Part shown: piece by piece, positions 14,858-25,538 of the stretch
How the letters are laid out: every line of letters starts with the position of its first letter
Position numbering within the stretch: position 1 is the first letter of the stretch
Assembly (NCBI GenBank): GCA_026770705.1
Contig: JANJGN010000039.1
Location: forward strand, 10,292,001 to 10,356,000
Reading direction: 5' to 3'
Length of the DNA stretch: 64,000 bases
From: Isurus oxyrinchus
Taxonomy: Eukaryota
The notes under the pieces: generated by a model
The model's database searches: none
What the model was told of the DNA's origin: nothing
Seen by the model: only the letters and a program-made list of their open reading frames with translations
Made by a program: the position numbers and the translations under genes

Positions 14858-17800
14858 CATATTATGATTTGTAAGGATACCACAAGGTACAAAGCTATCC
14901 CAAGCTCTTATTTTCACCGTATGTTCACAGTCCATGTAAAATTATGACACCCTGTGATCATTTTAACTACATCCTGGCATCCAGTGACAGATGCCACCTC
15001 AACTAAATGCTATGGATCTCTCATCAACTCCTCCCAGACACCTTTCACACCACACTTCCACATCAAACCACACTCTGTCTTTCATATGAAGAATTCCATT
15101 CTCCACTATCCAAGAGCTCACCTTGGAATCTTCTCACAAACTGACACTTTCTCTCAGTCGCCTTCCACAATGTTTCACCTGCGGATTCCAAGCTATCTTT
15201 CTGATGCTATTCTCCCCTGAGCCGCCACATGCATCCAAGCTGTCTTCCATGTGCTCTCTCTCTCATCGAATCAGCTATAACTGCAGTAACTTCACATGTC
15301 CTAGCAAAGAGTTAGACATTGAGACACCTTTTCAGTCATTCTTGCCTCATGCCAGCTCTTCTGGCTTTAAAACTGATTTCTGCTGCTTTTGTTTCTTTAA
15401 TTCTGAATTTGGAGACTTTCGCTCTGCCCCTCACCCTTCACTTCATTAATAGGACCCATTTTCGGTTTGTGCCCTTCCTTCACCCAGAAGTTCTGCTTGA
15501 CAATTCCTTTGGTTCCACTGCCCTGGATGTTGGGGTCTTCATATTAGCCTTGGATTGTTTACCTGTTCCCTTTGCACCAGTTTCTCTGGCAGCTACTTTC
15601 ATCCAATTTTAGCTTGGGACTAACTATCTTCCCCATTTATGTGACTTCAGCTTGGCAAATGGCTCCCAAAGAATCTAATGCAGTTTTGCTTCTGTTTTTG
15701 CCTGCGGGAGTGACCTTCGTCTATGGGCGACTGTTGCGAGACAATAGCACTGTTTTTGCCTGCTCTTGTGCTTGCTTAGCTTCGTAAGTCATAAGCCTTC
15801 ACTAGGAATGCGAGCGCCATTTTAAAGTAAAACTAAAACTCAACTTGAGCTTTCCTGATACTCAAATACAGAAAAACAAATGAAACTTAAACTTTAAAAC
15901 TGATATCAACTCCTAACACATAGAAATACCACTATAATCTACCTAAACTATCTCTATTTGCTAAAATGGGTGACGGTCACTGAAGCTTCATGTTAAATGG
16001 TTAAAATTTCCTGGTCTCCACACTCCTCCTTCTCTCATTGCCCTCCTCCTTTATTTCAGATCCTGGGACTTCCCCAACTCAGCAACCCGAGGAAGAATCG
16101 ACAAGTGAATTAGTTCGTATTTCAGCCTCTATTTCAGCGAAGACTTCAAGCACAGGTATCTGCATGGGTGGGGTTGATTCTAAACTGATCCTTCACTTTT
16201 TTGACTCGAGGAGGATGCAATCGAGGAGTATATTCTATATCTAACAGAAGGAATATGATGTTCTCTGAGTGGGATATGGTTTTCAATTTTTCATTAAAGT
16301 AGGATATGGTGACTGTGGGAGTTGGTTGTATCCTCTGAGCAGAGTGGGGTGTGGTGACAGAGGGGATGGGGATTTTGTGACTGAGCGGAGGGAGATGTAG
16401 TGACTGATCGCAGGTCGATCCAGTGACTGAGAGGATTGGTATGTAGTGACTGATTCGAATGGGACATAATGACTGAGGGGATTGGGACACAATGACTGAG
16501 TGGAGTGGGATCAAATTACTGAGGCAGCTGGGATGCAGTAACTGAGGGGAGTGGGATCAGCTGATTGAGTGGAATGGGAACGAGTGACTTGGGATATAGT
16601 GACTAATCGGATTGGGATGGAGTCACTGAGGGGAATGGGATTTAGTGACTGAGGGGTGAAGGATATAGTGTGTGAGGGGAGTGGGATGTTATAACTGAGA
16701 GGAGTGGGATGTTGTAACTGAGGGGTGTGGGATGTTTTAACTGAGGGGAGTGGGATGTTGTGACTGAGGCGAGTGGGATGTTGTGACTGAGCAGGGTGGG
16801 ATGTTTTCACTGAGATGAGTGGGATGTAATGAATGAGGTGAGTGGGTTGTACTGCCTGAGGAAAGTTTGATGTAATGAATGAGGTAGTGACTGAGGCGAG
16901 TGGGGTTTTGTGACTGAGTGGATTGGGTTGTTGTCACTGAACAGTGTGGGATGTAGTGAGTTAGAGGACTGGGATGTATTGTGTGAAGGGAGTGGATGTA
17001 GTGAGTAATGGGAGTGGGATGCAATGACTGAGGGGTATGGGATGTAGCGGCTGAGTCAGTGGGATGTAGTGATTGAGCGGTGGAATCCTAATTTGGAATT
17101 TTCCCATCTTTATATCATCGCCGCTTGCAATCGGCTCTCTCTTTAAACGTGCTTTATGCAGCTTTTGACTCTTTAAATCTGAGGCATGTTGCATGTCTCT
17201 CTTCCTCTCACTCTTACCTTCGTTAAGATGACCAGCTTGAGACTTTCTCCTGCTCCAAACCCGTATATTTTGTGCTATTTTCTTCAGTTTGGGGCTGGTT
17301 ATCTGATGCCTTTGGTCCAATCTCTCTGGTAGATACCTTCAACCAATTTTAGCTTGGGACTAGCTATCTGTCCCTATTCATTTCGCAACATTCTTGAAAG
17401 CCAGCAGAGCTCCAACAGCTTCCCACACAAGCTGCTGTCTTTATTCCTTCGTGTGTGCCTGTGAGAGATAGGTGCCTGCCTGGAACTCTGTTGCAGGGCA
17501 ATAGCACTATGTTATACTAATCTTGTGTTTGCTTAATTAATAATTTGTAAACGGTCATTAGAAATGCCAGTATCGTTTTAAACTGAAACCAAAATTCATG
17601 TTGAACTCTCTTATCACAAAAGTACAGAAATGCTAAGCAAGCCTAAACCTCAATATATTTGCTGTGTGACATTTACTGAAGCTTCATGTCAAAGAGTTGA
17701 AATCTTCCTTTTTCCCCCTCTCACTCCTCCTTCCCTCCTCTCCCTCCTCCTTTATAGCAGATCCAGGGACCTTCCTAACTCCAGAACCAAGGGAACAATC

Positions 17801-17959
17801 GACGACAGAATCCATTAATATTTCTCCCTCTATATCATCAAAGTCTTCAAACTCAGGTATCTGCACAGTGGTGTTGTTTCACTTAATTTGTTTATCATAT
17901 CACGCTTCTTCCTAAGTGGATTATTTGTTCCCAGAATGAGCTCACTCACAGGGCTCCAT

Positions 17960-18011
<52 letters not shown>

Positions 18012-20749
18012 GCAATTAATGGGCCAGATCATGTAAATGTGAAGGCAGGAATCATTCTCAATCGAATACATTATTCAATCTCTTACAAACTGGACTGAAA
18101 GATTGCCAGAGAAAAAATATATGTAATATTCCATTAAACTAGACTGCATTGACTGAGGGAGTGATGTTTAATATCTTAGCAGATTGGAGTGTGGTGACTG
18201 AGGGGAGTAGTATTTAGTGTTTAAAGGGAGTGAGCTGTAGTGACTGAGGGCAGTGTGATTTCTTGACTTAGCGGAGTGAGATGTATTGAATTAGTGGAGT
18301 GAGATGTAGTGAGTTAGAGGAGTGGCATGCAATGACAGACAGGATTAGTTATGTAGTGAAGGAGAGGAGTGGGATGCAGTGACTGAGGGGAGCGTGATGC
18401 AATGCTTCCGGGGGTGGGATGCACTCAGTGGAGGCTGTGGGTTGGAATTACTGGTAGGCGGGATGCAATGACTGAGGGGAGTGAGATGGAATGAGTGAGG
18501 AGAGAGGAAAACAATCCGTGAGGCGAGTGGGAATTAGTCAGTGAGTGGATTAAGATTTAGTGACTGAAGGGAGAGGGTTGTCATGACTGAGTTGAGTTGG
18601 TTAGAGCAAATGAGGAGAGAAGGCTGTAATGAGTGGAGGGAGAGGGATATAGTTGAGTAGGTTCAGTGGGGCGCAGTGACTGAGGGGTCTGGAAGTTTTT
18701 GACTGCGGTACAATCAGGAGTGACAGAGCAAACTAACATTTGTGTGTTCCAAATTATATAATTATGAATTGAAACGTTTTCTAAACTTTGCTACCAGTTG
18801 CATGATCTCTTGAGCTGATACGCACCCTCCATCTCTCTTGTCTCTTTTCCTCATTTCAGATCCAGGGAAAACACCAACTCCAGAATCTGAGGTACAGTCG
18901 ACTCGAAAATCCTCTCTCTCTGAATCATCCAGCCCAAAAGGATGTGAAATATCAGGTATCAGTCTGGATAGGAGATTCTACTTAAAATCTTCACACAATG
19001 TGATCGCTGCAAACTGATACTGAAGAGTCTGGGGTCTGCTAACTGAGGGGAGTAGGATGCTGTGACAAAGTGAAACGGCATGTAATCAGCGGGGGCAGTG
19101 GGATTTATTGACTGAGGGAAGTGGGATGTAGTCAATTTGAGTAATTGGATGCGTTGACTGAGGGTGAAGTACATAGTGGCTGATGTGTTTGGGACATGGG
19201 CTGAGCGGCGTTGGATGCAGTGACTTTAGGGAACTGGATGCAGTGACTGAGAGGAGTGGGGCGCAACGAGTGAGGTGAGTGGAACATAGTGACTGAGGGG
19301 TGTTGGATGTAGTCAGGGGGTGGAGTGGGATGCAGTAAATAAGGGAGTTGGACGCAGTGAGTGAACACATTGGGATTTAGTGATTGAGGGTATTTTGTAT
19401 AATTAGCCTAATCAAGCCCCTTTTCTCTCTTCCTCCATTTTCCAGTCACTTCTCTTCACTCTCACACTTGTTTCAGTTTCTCATCGCTCACTTCAGTTGT
19501 CTGTCGCTTGTTCTCTCACTCCTGTTGGGTGCTCCATGCTGAAGGTTTTGTTTTGCTGGTTTCTCTCAGAATTTGGAGAGTTTGGGCCCGGCAAATTTCT
19601 TTCTCTGTTGAAATGTAGATGATTCTGCAGCTGAGGATTTCTGAGAATCCTTTGGTGAGTAATGGTCCTGAATTATTCGCTGTGGTGAAGCAGTGGTATC
19701 AGGTTAAATAGGAAGTGAGGATGTCCAGAATAAAAGATCAGAAGTAATATGAGCAGAACTAAACTATTCGACCTGTGGAGCCTGTTCCACCATTCAATAC
19801 GATCATGGCTTATCTTGGGATTTACCTGAACTTTCCTGCCCGCTCCCCATATCCATTGATTTCTTGAGACACCAAAACATTGTCAATGTCAGGATTATAA
19901 ATATTTTTAGAAAGCTATTCCTTCCATCGATTAATGATTTTGAATCGCTGTCAAACCCCTGTCTTTCCGGAATATCCCTTTAGGGAAGGAAATCTGCCGT
20001 CATTCCCAGCTCTGAATGCTATGTGACTCCAGTTCCTGAGCAATGTGCCGGACTCCTAACTGTCCTCTGAAATGGCCCAGGTAGCCATTCAGTTGTAATA
20101 GGCCGCTACAGAGAAGAGACAGCACAGGAACTGTGGCAGTTCAAGAAGGCGCCTGCCCAACACCTTCTCAAGGCTTGTTATGGGTGGATAGTAAATGCGG
20201 GTCTTGCCTGCGATGCAGACACATAACAAATTAAAACAAAACAAAATAGTGTATTCGCTTTGTGTGAAATCACTCGAGACACGGTCTGCAGCTTTGTAAA
20301 CATTTCCTGAGCTTCTATCTCAGTCTCTGTATCACTTGTGTCTTCATCTCTCTGCCTCTCCCTCTCTGTCCCTTTCTTATTCTCACTGACAAGACGTAAA
20401 CATGGGATGAAAATGATATAAGAAGAGATAACAAGGGGCTGACATTGAAGAGTAAGTATACCAAATGATAATACGGAAAGCAGAGAGTTGAGATAAGATG
20501 GAGTGAGATGAAGAGATATATGGGGAGGGAAAACGGAGAGGGGATGATAAGGTGGATTAGAGGAAGCTGATCTTAAACGGAAGGGATTTTTCTAAACACA
20601 CAATCTGTCCTTTGTGAAATTCAGGGTAAGTCTAACCTGCTGATGTTGTGACTATTCTGTTAGATCCTGATTTCAAGATGCTTCGCGTGAAGGTCACCTC
20701 AGTACGAGGGCTCAATGAAGAGAGAGCGAGGGACATCATTATGGATCGG
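5846..20749 (+). CDS. Multi-exon uromodulin/GP2-like D8C-domain protein with repeated mucin-like stalk exons (first exon and 3' end unresolved; functional status uncertain)
   Basis: Exons 5846-5990, 6764-6840 and 6934-7098 have AG/GT sites and compatible phases and join into a D8C domain. They are followed by paralogous 96-bp phase-1/1 exons and a candidate exon at 20664-20749. Confidence 0.75.
6150..6440 (-). mobile_element. Elasmobranch SINE (SacSINE1-like) in intron
   Basis: Reverse complement matches the SINE core seen at 19960-20230, 43510-43750 and 60645-61002 (..ggaaatctgcc..ttacctgg..ggcctaca.gtgactccagacc.acagcaatgt..). The family name is from recall. Confidence 0.65.
6764..6840 (+). 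CDS. D8C-domain exon B (SSGGLKIPDTLIPFGYCSTSSSGWLNG)
   Basis: Acceptor atgtttcag, donor G|gtttgt. Phase 2 to 1, continuous with exons A and C. GG.KIP....C......WLNG motif. Confidence 0.85.
6934..7098 (+). CDS. D8C-domain exon C (SHPTVGEGEVTRTVCFTSGENGCLWTREIKIKNCSSDFVYELKPVPSCNAAYCT)
   Basis: Acceptor aatttcag, donor AG|gtacat. The HP...EG.V.R.VC......CLW...I.IKNC..FVY.L.P...C..AYCT motif is diagnostic of D8C. Confidence 0.92.
9011..9106 (+). CDS. Stalk repeat exon 1, 96 bp, intact (DPGTIPTLKPEEQSTREYDVTASSSPTESEIS)
   Basis: ttcatttcag acceptor, CAG|gtatta donor, phase 1/1, open frame. Confidence 0.78.
11320..11415 (+). pseudogene. Stalk repeat exon 2, 96 bp, donor mutated GT>CT (VQGITQTLKSEEQSTREYIFTATSSPTASEPA)
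   Basis: Clear paralog of 9011-9106 including flanking intron. Acceptor tcattgcag is intact, but the exon ends CAG|ctatca. Confidence 0.7.
12574..12662 (+). pseudogene. Stalk repeat exon 3, 89 bp (net 7-bp deletion, frameshifting)
   Basis: Paralog with AG/GT sites, but length 89 is not a multiple of 3. The 3' part reads SEEFSIRESTVPASSSPTGTEIT in a shifted frame. Confidence 0.68.
13092..13187 (+). CDS. Stalk repeat exon 4. Ancestral acceptor is CAT; an in-frame alternative acceptor at 13097/13098 gives 90 bp (DSSTIQKPEDPTTGKSTGKPPSKCTALLTS)
   Basis: 96-bp spacing to donor GG|gtatct. A downstream CAG 6 nt into the exon keeps the frame. Confidence 0.55.
14465..14560 (+). pseudogene. Stalk repeat exon 5, divergent, acceptor CAT (DRGTLFLRFLSCECTRESIERLSSISALSPAS)
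   Basis: 96-bp open frame ending CAG|gtatctgc like its paralogs. The acceptor position reads CAT. Confidence 0.5.
14748..14865. repeat. (TA)n-rich microsatellite
   Basis: Runs of tatatata seen directly. Confidence 0.9.
16060..16155 (+). CDS. Stalk repeat exon 6, 96 bp, intact (DPGTSPTQQPEEESTSELVRISASISAKTSST)
   Basis: Polypyrimidine tract plus ttatttcag, donor CAG|gtatct, phase 1/1. Confidence 0.78.
17761..17856 (+). CDS. Stalk repeat exon 7, 96 bp, intact (DPGTFLTPEPREQSTTESINISPSISSKSSNS)
   Basis: Long polypyrimidine tract plus tagcag, donor CAG|gtatct, phase 1/1. Confidence 0.78.
17962..18008. repeat. (TA)n microsatellite
   Basis: Perfect AT dinucleotide run. Confidence 0.95.
18860..18955 (+). 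CDS. Stalk repeat exon 8, 96 bp, intact (DPGKTPTPESEVQSTRKSSLSESSSPKGCEIS)
   Basis: tcatttcag acceptor, CAG|gtatca donor, phase 1/1. Confidence 0.78.
19619..19654 (+). other. Candidate 36-bp phase-1/1 micro-exon with in-frame TGA (DDSAAEDF*ESF)
   Basis: ttctctgttgaaatgtag acceptor and strong G|gtgagt donor. TGA at 19642-19644. Confidence 0.4.
19735..19900 (-). mobile_element. CR1 LINE 3'-end fragment
   Basis: gagcaga...attcg.cc..t.gagcctg.tcc.ccattcaata.gatcatggct.atc, similar to the CR1 3' end at 47805-48370. Confidence 0.6.
19960..20230 (+). mobile_element. Elasmobranch SINE (SacSINE1-like)
   Basis: cctttagggaaggaaatctgccgtc...gtgactccag...caatgtg...ctctgaaatggcc..., shared with the other copies in the window. 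Confidence 0.65.
20664..20749 (+). CDS. Candidate C-terminal exon of the D8C gene (DPDFKMLRVKVTSVRGLNEERARDIIMDR)
   Basis: tattctgttag acceptor, CGG|gtgaga donor. Starts in phase 1 with DP like the stalk exons, and the frame is open. Confidence 0.5.
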
Positions 20750-20934
20750 GTGAGAGACTGCACTGCATTCAGGACAGACATGACAAAAAAACAGATCCTC
20801 CCTTTAAAACTCTGCATTCCCTGATCGGGAGCACCCTCCTCAGATAACAGTTCCAATTTCCACTCTGGTTATTCTACCGTCTAGTGATCAGAAACTAAAC
20901 TGGACTCGCCAAGAAATACTATAGCTACAAGAGT

Positions 20935-21330
20935 AGTTCAGAGGCTGGGAATCGTGCAGCGAGCAACATGCCTCCTGACCACCCCAAAGCCTGTCCACCA
21001 TGTACAAGGCATATGTCAGGAGTTTGAGGGAATTCTCCCCATTTGCCTAGGTGAGTGCAGCTCCCACAACACTCAATAAGCTTGACACCGTTCAGGACAA
21101 AGCAGCCCCTTTTGATGGCCCCCCAAACCCGCCAGCCACAATCATTCACTCCCTCCACGACTGACACACAGTAGCTGTGTACGTACAATCTACATGATGC
21201 ACTGCATGAATTCACCGAGGGTCTTTAGAAAGCATCTTCCAAACCCACGGCCGCTACCATCTGGAAGGACAAGGGCAGTAGACACACGGGAACACAGCCA
21301 CCTGGAAGCATACATCCCACGAATGAATTT
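20935..21330 (+). mobile_element. Non-LTR retrotransposon (L2/CR1 superfamily) RT C-terminal fragment
   Basis: Homologous to 53190-53360 (KA.VRS.MEYSPL.WMS.AP.TLK.LDT.QD.AA.LI motif). Degenerate. Confidence 0.75.
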
Positions 21331-24008
21331 TTAAAAATGAGCTATTTTTCATGATCAATCCACTTCTCTCAGATTCAGTCATCTTGCCCAATCCCTCCCT
21401 TGATTGCGTCACTCACCCATCATTTCTTCTGTTTGCGGCAGCTCCAGAAGGATCAATGTCTAATTGGGTTGAAGCGTGAGGACATTCAGTGCTCAGGTGT
21501 GGACCATCCAGAACCGTGAAAGAGATGGAGAGTGTCACCGAGCCGCCGTGATCCCAGCTCCTTGTGCATTTCAAACTCGCTCGATGACTACTCTGCTTTA
21601 CCTTCAGCGTCTTTAATGCAATGAATCTGTCAGCAAAGTGATCATCCATAACTAGGTATGTGTGATTCTGATGCGGCTATTGCTTCAGCTCCACACTGCA
21701 AGAGTGGGGGAGTTCTTCAAGCCTAGTTAAATATAGAATGCGGCCCCTCTTTTAGATCAGTGACCTCTGGCCAGCCTGAAGCCAGATTGGCCCACCAGTT
21801 CCGGCCCGTTTCAGGATGGAAGTGATCTCCTGTTTAATGAAGGTTTTCGATTAAAGATCTCCAAAGGTGTAAAAGCCCTAAAGTTTCATGGAACTGTCAA
21901 CACTGAGAATGGGCGCATGAACCACAGGTAGATGCTTGTTACAGGACAGCCACTGGGAAGATATGCTCTATTTAATCAATGTTTCTGTAGAATGGGGGAA
22001 TAATTTGGTGCTGGGCTTTGCAGAACCAAAAATAGGCTCACAAGTCAAGATTATATTGAATGTAAGGATAATTTCGTTTGGCAATAGCTGGGTTAGTTCT
22101 GCTGTATAAATTTGTGATGATGTTGGTGTGACAGAAAGAAAATGTTAGGGTATCAGCTGAATTAAGAAAAGTGACTGATAAGAGGTGGATTCTTTACACG
22201 GAATTATATTCTTGAGGAAGTGAAAAGTAAGAATTATTTTTTTTTACATTTTTCACTGACGACCATCAATAGAAATGCTGTGAAATGACTCATTGACCCT
22301 ACAGGGTAATCCAAACAAACTGCACAGGTCAGCAAAGTGGGCTTCAATTGATGGGTAATCAGACAAGGAGATATCTCAGCTCGAAAGGCATCAATAAAGT
22401 GGCAGATTGCAAACAGTGTTCCAATTACAAGGGTTTGAATGGCTGAACACTGAGTTTACAACTAGAACATGCTTACATCACTGATAACACCACTCTGATG
22501 TGAAATCTGTTTGATTTTAAACTTTGTGTGTAATTGCTGTTGCTTGAGTTGTGTGCACAATAAATTTCTGAACGCTTAACCTGAACCTTTTAGGAAGCTC
22601 TTTCATCTTTTACTGGAATGGTTGGATCACCTGACACCTTTCTTCTCTCCCTTTCTATTTGAGGGCTGCTCACTGAGTGGAGAGCGTCAGTGTCAGGAAG
22701 GCATGGGAGTGTGAGGGATGATTTGTTTCCACATTCCCAGCTCCCAGAGTCAAAGCCTCTTCTAAAATCCTTTCACTGTCTTGTGATTAAAGTGTTACAA
22801 CCCAACCTCTGCTGGACGCCCCCCTGCCTCTACAGGCCCTGCTCTTAGCCGGTCCTAGAGAAGTTCAGTTGCTGCATGGCTGCCTCTGGAAACATATCAA
22901 TGAAGTGTGAATATTGAACAATGTTGAAAGGCATTGAAGTTTGCAGAGGGATGGAAAGTTCACTCGGGTGGTGCATTTGTTAGTTGACCACCTGACCCTT
23001 TGCACGAACTTTCTCCTCATTCTCCATTGGAGATATTGGCTGGAGATGGTAGCTGGGTATTATTTCAGACAGCAAGGTGCACATTTGTTTCAGTTATCAG
23101 GCTCTAATCCAGTACAGAATGGAATTAGATAAACGTTGCTGTACTCTGTAATTCCTGTGCAACACATTGGCAATGTTTGAACCGACACATTGGATCTTGT
23201 TAAACGTTTTCATTAAATATGTCTTCAAGATAATTTTCTCATTTTCTCTCAGAGTATTCGTCAATAGAAAATATATTGAAAACACAAACAGACAATGGGA
23301 CAAACATTATTGTTAACTTTACTTTTATAAGAACACTCCAGTGTTGAACATGGTATCACATCCCATCCCACAATATCCCTGGTTTACTCAATCTTCCCCA
23401 TGGAACCTGCAGTAGAATCAGCCTCACCCAATCTACCTGGCATGGCTTTCCCTATTACTGTTCCTAATTTGCCTCCAGGCTGACAGTGGCATTTTACCAA
23501 CTTCTCCGCATCTAGGCCCCAATATAAGGGCTATAGAGTGAGACAGCTGACTCTAGGATTGAGATTCGGCCGTGGCCCCTCCAGTGGCCATGGAAACAGA
23601 TATGAGCTTGACACTTTCCCCAGCGAGAGAGCGTCCTCCCCACTTTTTTTTAACAGAGTCATAGAATCCGCTCGCCCCTCTGCCAACGAAGCCAGAGGGA
23701 ATGTCCCCCTCTACCTCCACAGTGACAGGCCCTACCACTACTGACACTAGAGTGACAGGCTCCATTCCTCCTCTTTTACCATAGCAAAAGCACCAGCCTC
23801 ACATTCCCCGTGATAGCAGCAGCACCCCCCCCCCTCTCTAACCATAGTCAAAGGCTCCAGCACCCGCTTTGTGACCAGTGCATTAGGCAACAGCCTGGGA
23901 ACCGGACCAATCCCCATTCTCTAACAACAGAGGCAGCTCACATCCCTGCTGGAGGAAAGAAATCAAATGGTAAAGTAATGGAAACTCTCAGTGATTTATT
24001 TCTTCAAA

Positions 24009-25538
24009 TCATCGAAATCTTCGAAAAATTGGAGTACAGGGATAATTCAGCAGATTCTTCAAATGCTCCCTGAACTCTGCCTGGGCCTTGGCGTAAATGC
24101 AAGTGTTTGTGCAGCAACTCAGGAGCTGCAGCATGAAGCCCAATTCCCGCACATAGTCATCCATCCATAGGGAACGGGGCATCATATCAAACATCCTCCT
24201 CCACATACAATGCACCATTAACATCGCCCACAACAGGATGAAATTGGCCGAGATAGCAAACAGCAAAATCATGCATTTCCTCCGACTTCCCATCTCTGGG
24301 TCTCTCCACACTTCTGTGAGCCCGGACTCTCCTGCAGGCTCTGCTCTTTACTAAAATGTGTCTGACTGTGAGAACGTTGAGCATCAGAATGAGGACAAAT
24401 GGGACACGGGGTGTAAGAATGTGATGGAGGAATTCTATAGCTACCCAGGCCTTAGAGAGCTGAACCTCTAATGTCACAATACAAAACCAGGGTCGGTTCA
24501 TCAGCAAACACCAGTCTGATAACATAAAATACCAGAAAACATTCTTTAAAAATCTCAGCACAGTCATGGTTCCCAGGACTCCAGCCGCCATTTTCTCGCT
24601 GCAATATTTACTTTTCAGCTTCTGGCAACAAATGGCCACAAACCGATCAAAGGTGAAAGAGACGATGTCCCAGACAGAACAGCCAATGGCTGCATAAAGG
24701 AGGATGGCATGGATATTAAAAACACGCATGGCCCACAGGAAATTAAAATATTCCCAATAAACTATCGGAATGTGTCTCAATATCAGGTCGAATATAATGA
24801 CCAGTAGATCTGCTGCTGCCATGGACACAAGGTAGCGACTGACACATTTGGAGAGGCCACAATTTCTCCGAGTTACGATCACAATCGTCAATAGGTTTAC
24901 TGCAAAGAACAGAGAAAACAGTGGAATTATGCAAGAGGAATAATGTTTTAAAAAAATGTTTGCCTGAAGGTGCTGAAAAGTTCCATGATGTTGATGCATC
25001 ATGTGACCTATTGCAAGTGCTATAAATGGACTAATAAAGTGAAATGCCTTTTATATGTTGGAAGAGAGAATAGATGAAATATCATACTGAAATTGCGGAA
25101 TTCGATGATACTCATCACCCTGTTGTCTTTGCTTTCCCTTATTGGATGAAACTATTTGGAGAATTGAAACTCTTCTAATTTTGATGGAGGGGAGTAAGGT
25201 AGTTAAATATGGTTCATTGAATTAATAGTCATTTACAGTGAGACTGAGGCAGGGACACCAATATTAGCGAGGTTGGGATAGTAACCCGCCTGAATAACCT
25301 GGAGTGCGCAATATGTCCGACTTTCCAGTGCCATCCAATTATATGCATAAAGTTATTAAAGCACCACCAATAAATTCCTCCTCATTATTGTAACATTCCA
25401 ATCAATTGTTCTTAAATTCTGATCCATTGTTGTAACATTTCCATCTATTGTTTTCACATCCTGATCCATTGTAGGAACATTCCAACCTATTGTTCTCAGA
25501 ATTGTGATGTAGTCTCCCCTTCTCTTGGAGCAGCACAT
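24009..25538 (-). pseudogene. GPR139-like class A GPCR pseudogene, copy 1 (exon 1 ~25538-25250, exon 2 24899-24009)
   Basis: CGLSKCV..YLV.MA.ADLLVII, FTFDRFVAIC, LQLLSCCTNTCIY..FRE.LK motifs. Frameshift near 24310. Exon 1 (..ALQVIQAGYYPNLANIGVP) has in-frame TAA TAA at ~25355 and no GT donor. Confidence 0.88.

Larger units (their letters stand above)
8640..19390. repeat. Interrupted, degenerate 23-bp G-rich minisatellite (consensus ~GACTGAGGGGAGTGGGATGCAGT) filling the introns between stalk exons
   Basis: Blocks at ~8640-8900, 9180-9700, 9860-10840, 11020-11180, 11490-12430, 14010-14250, 16240-17085, 18150-18700 and 19030-19390. Minus-strand ORFs show a 23-aa periodicity (SHSPQSLHPTPLSHCIPLPSVTA). 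Confidence 0.88.
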
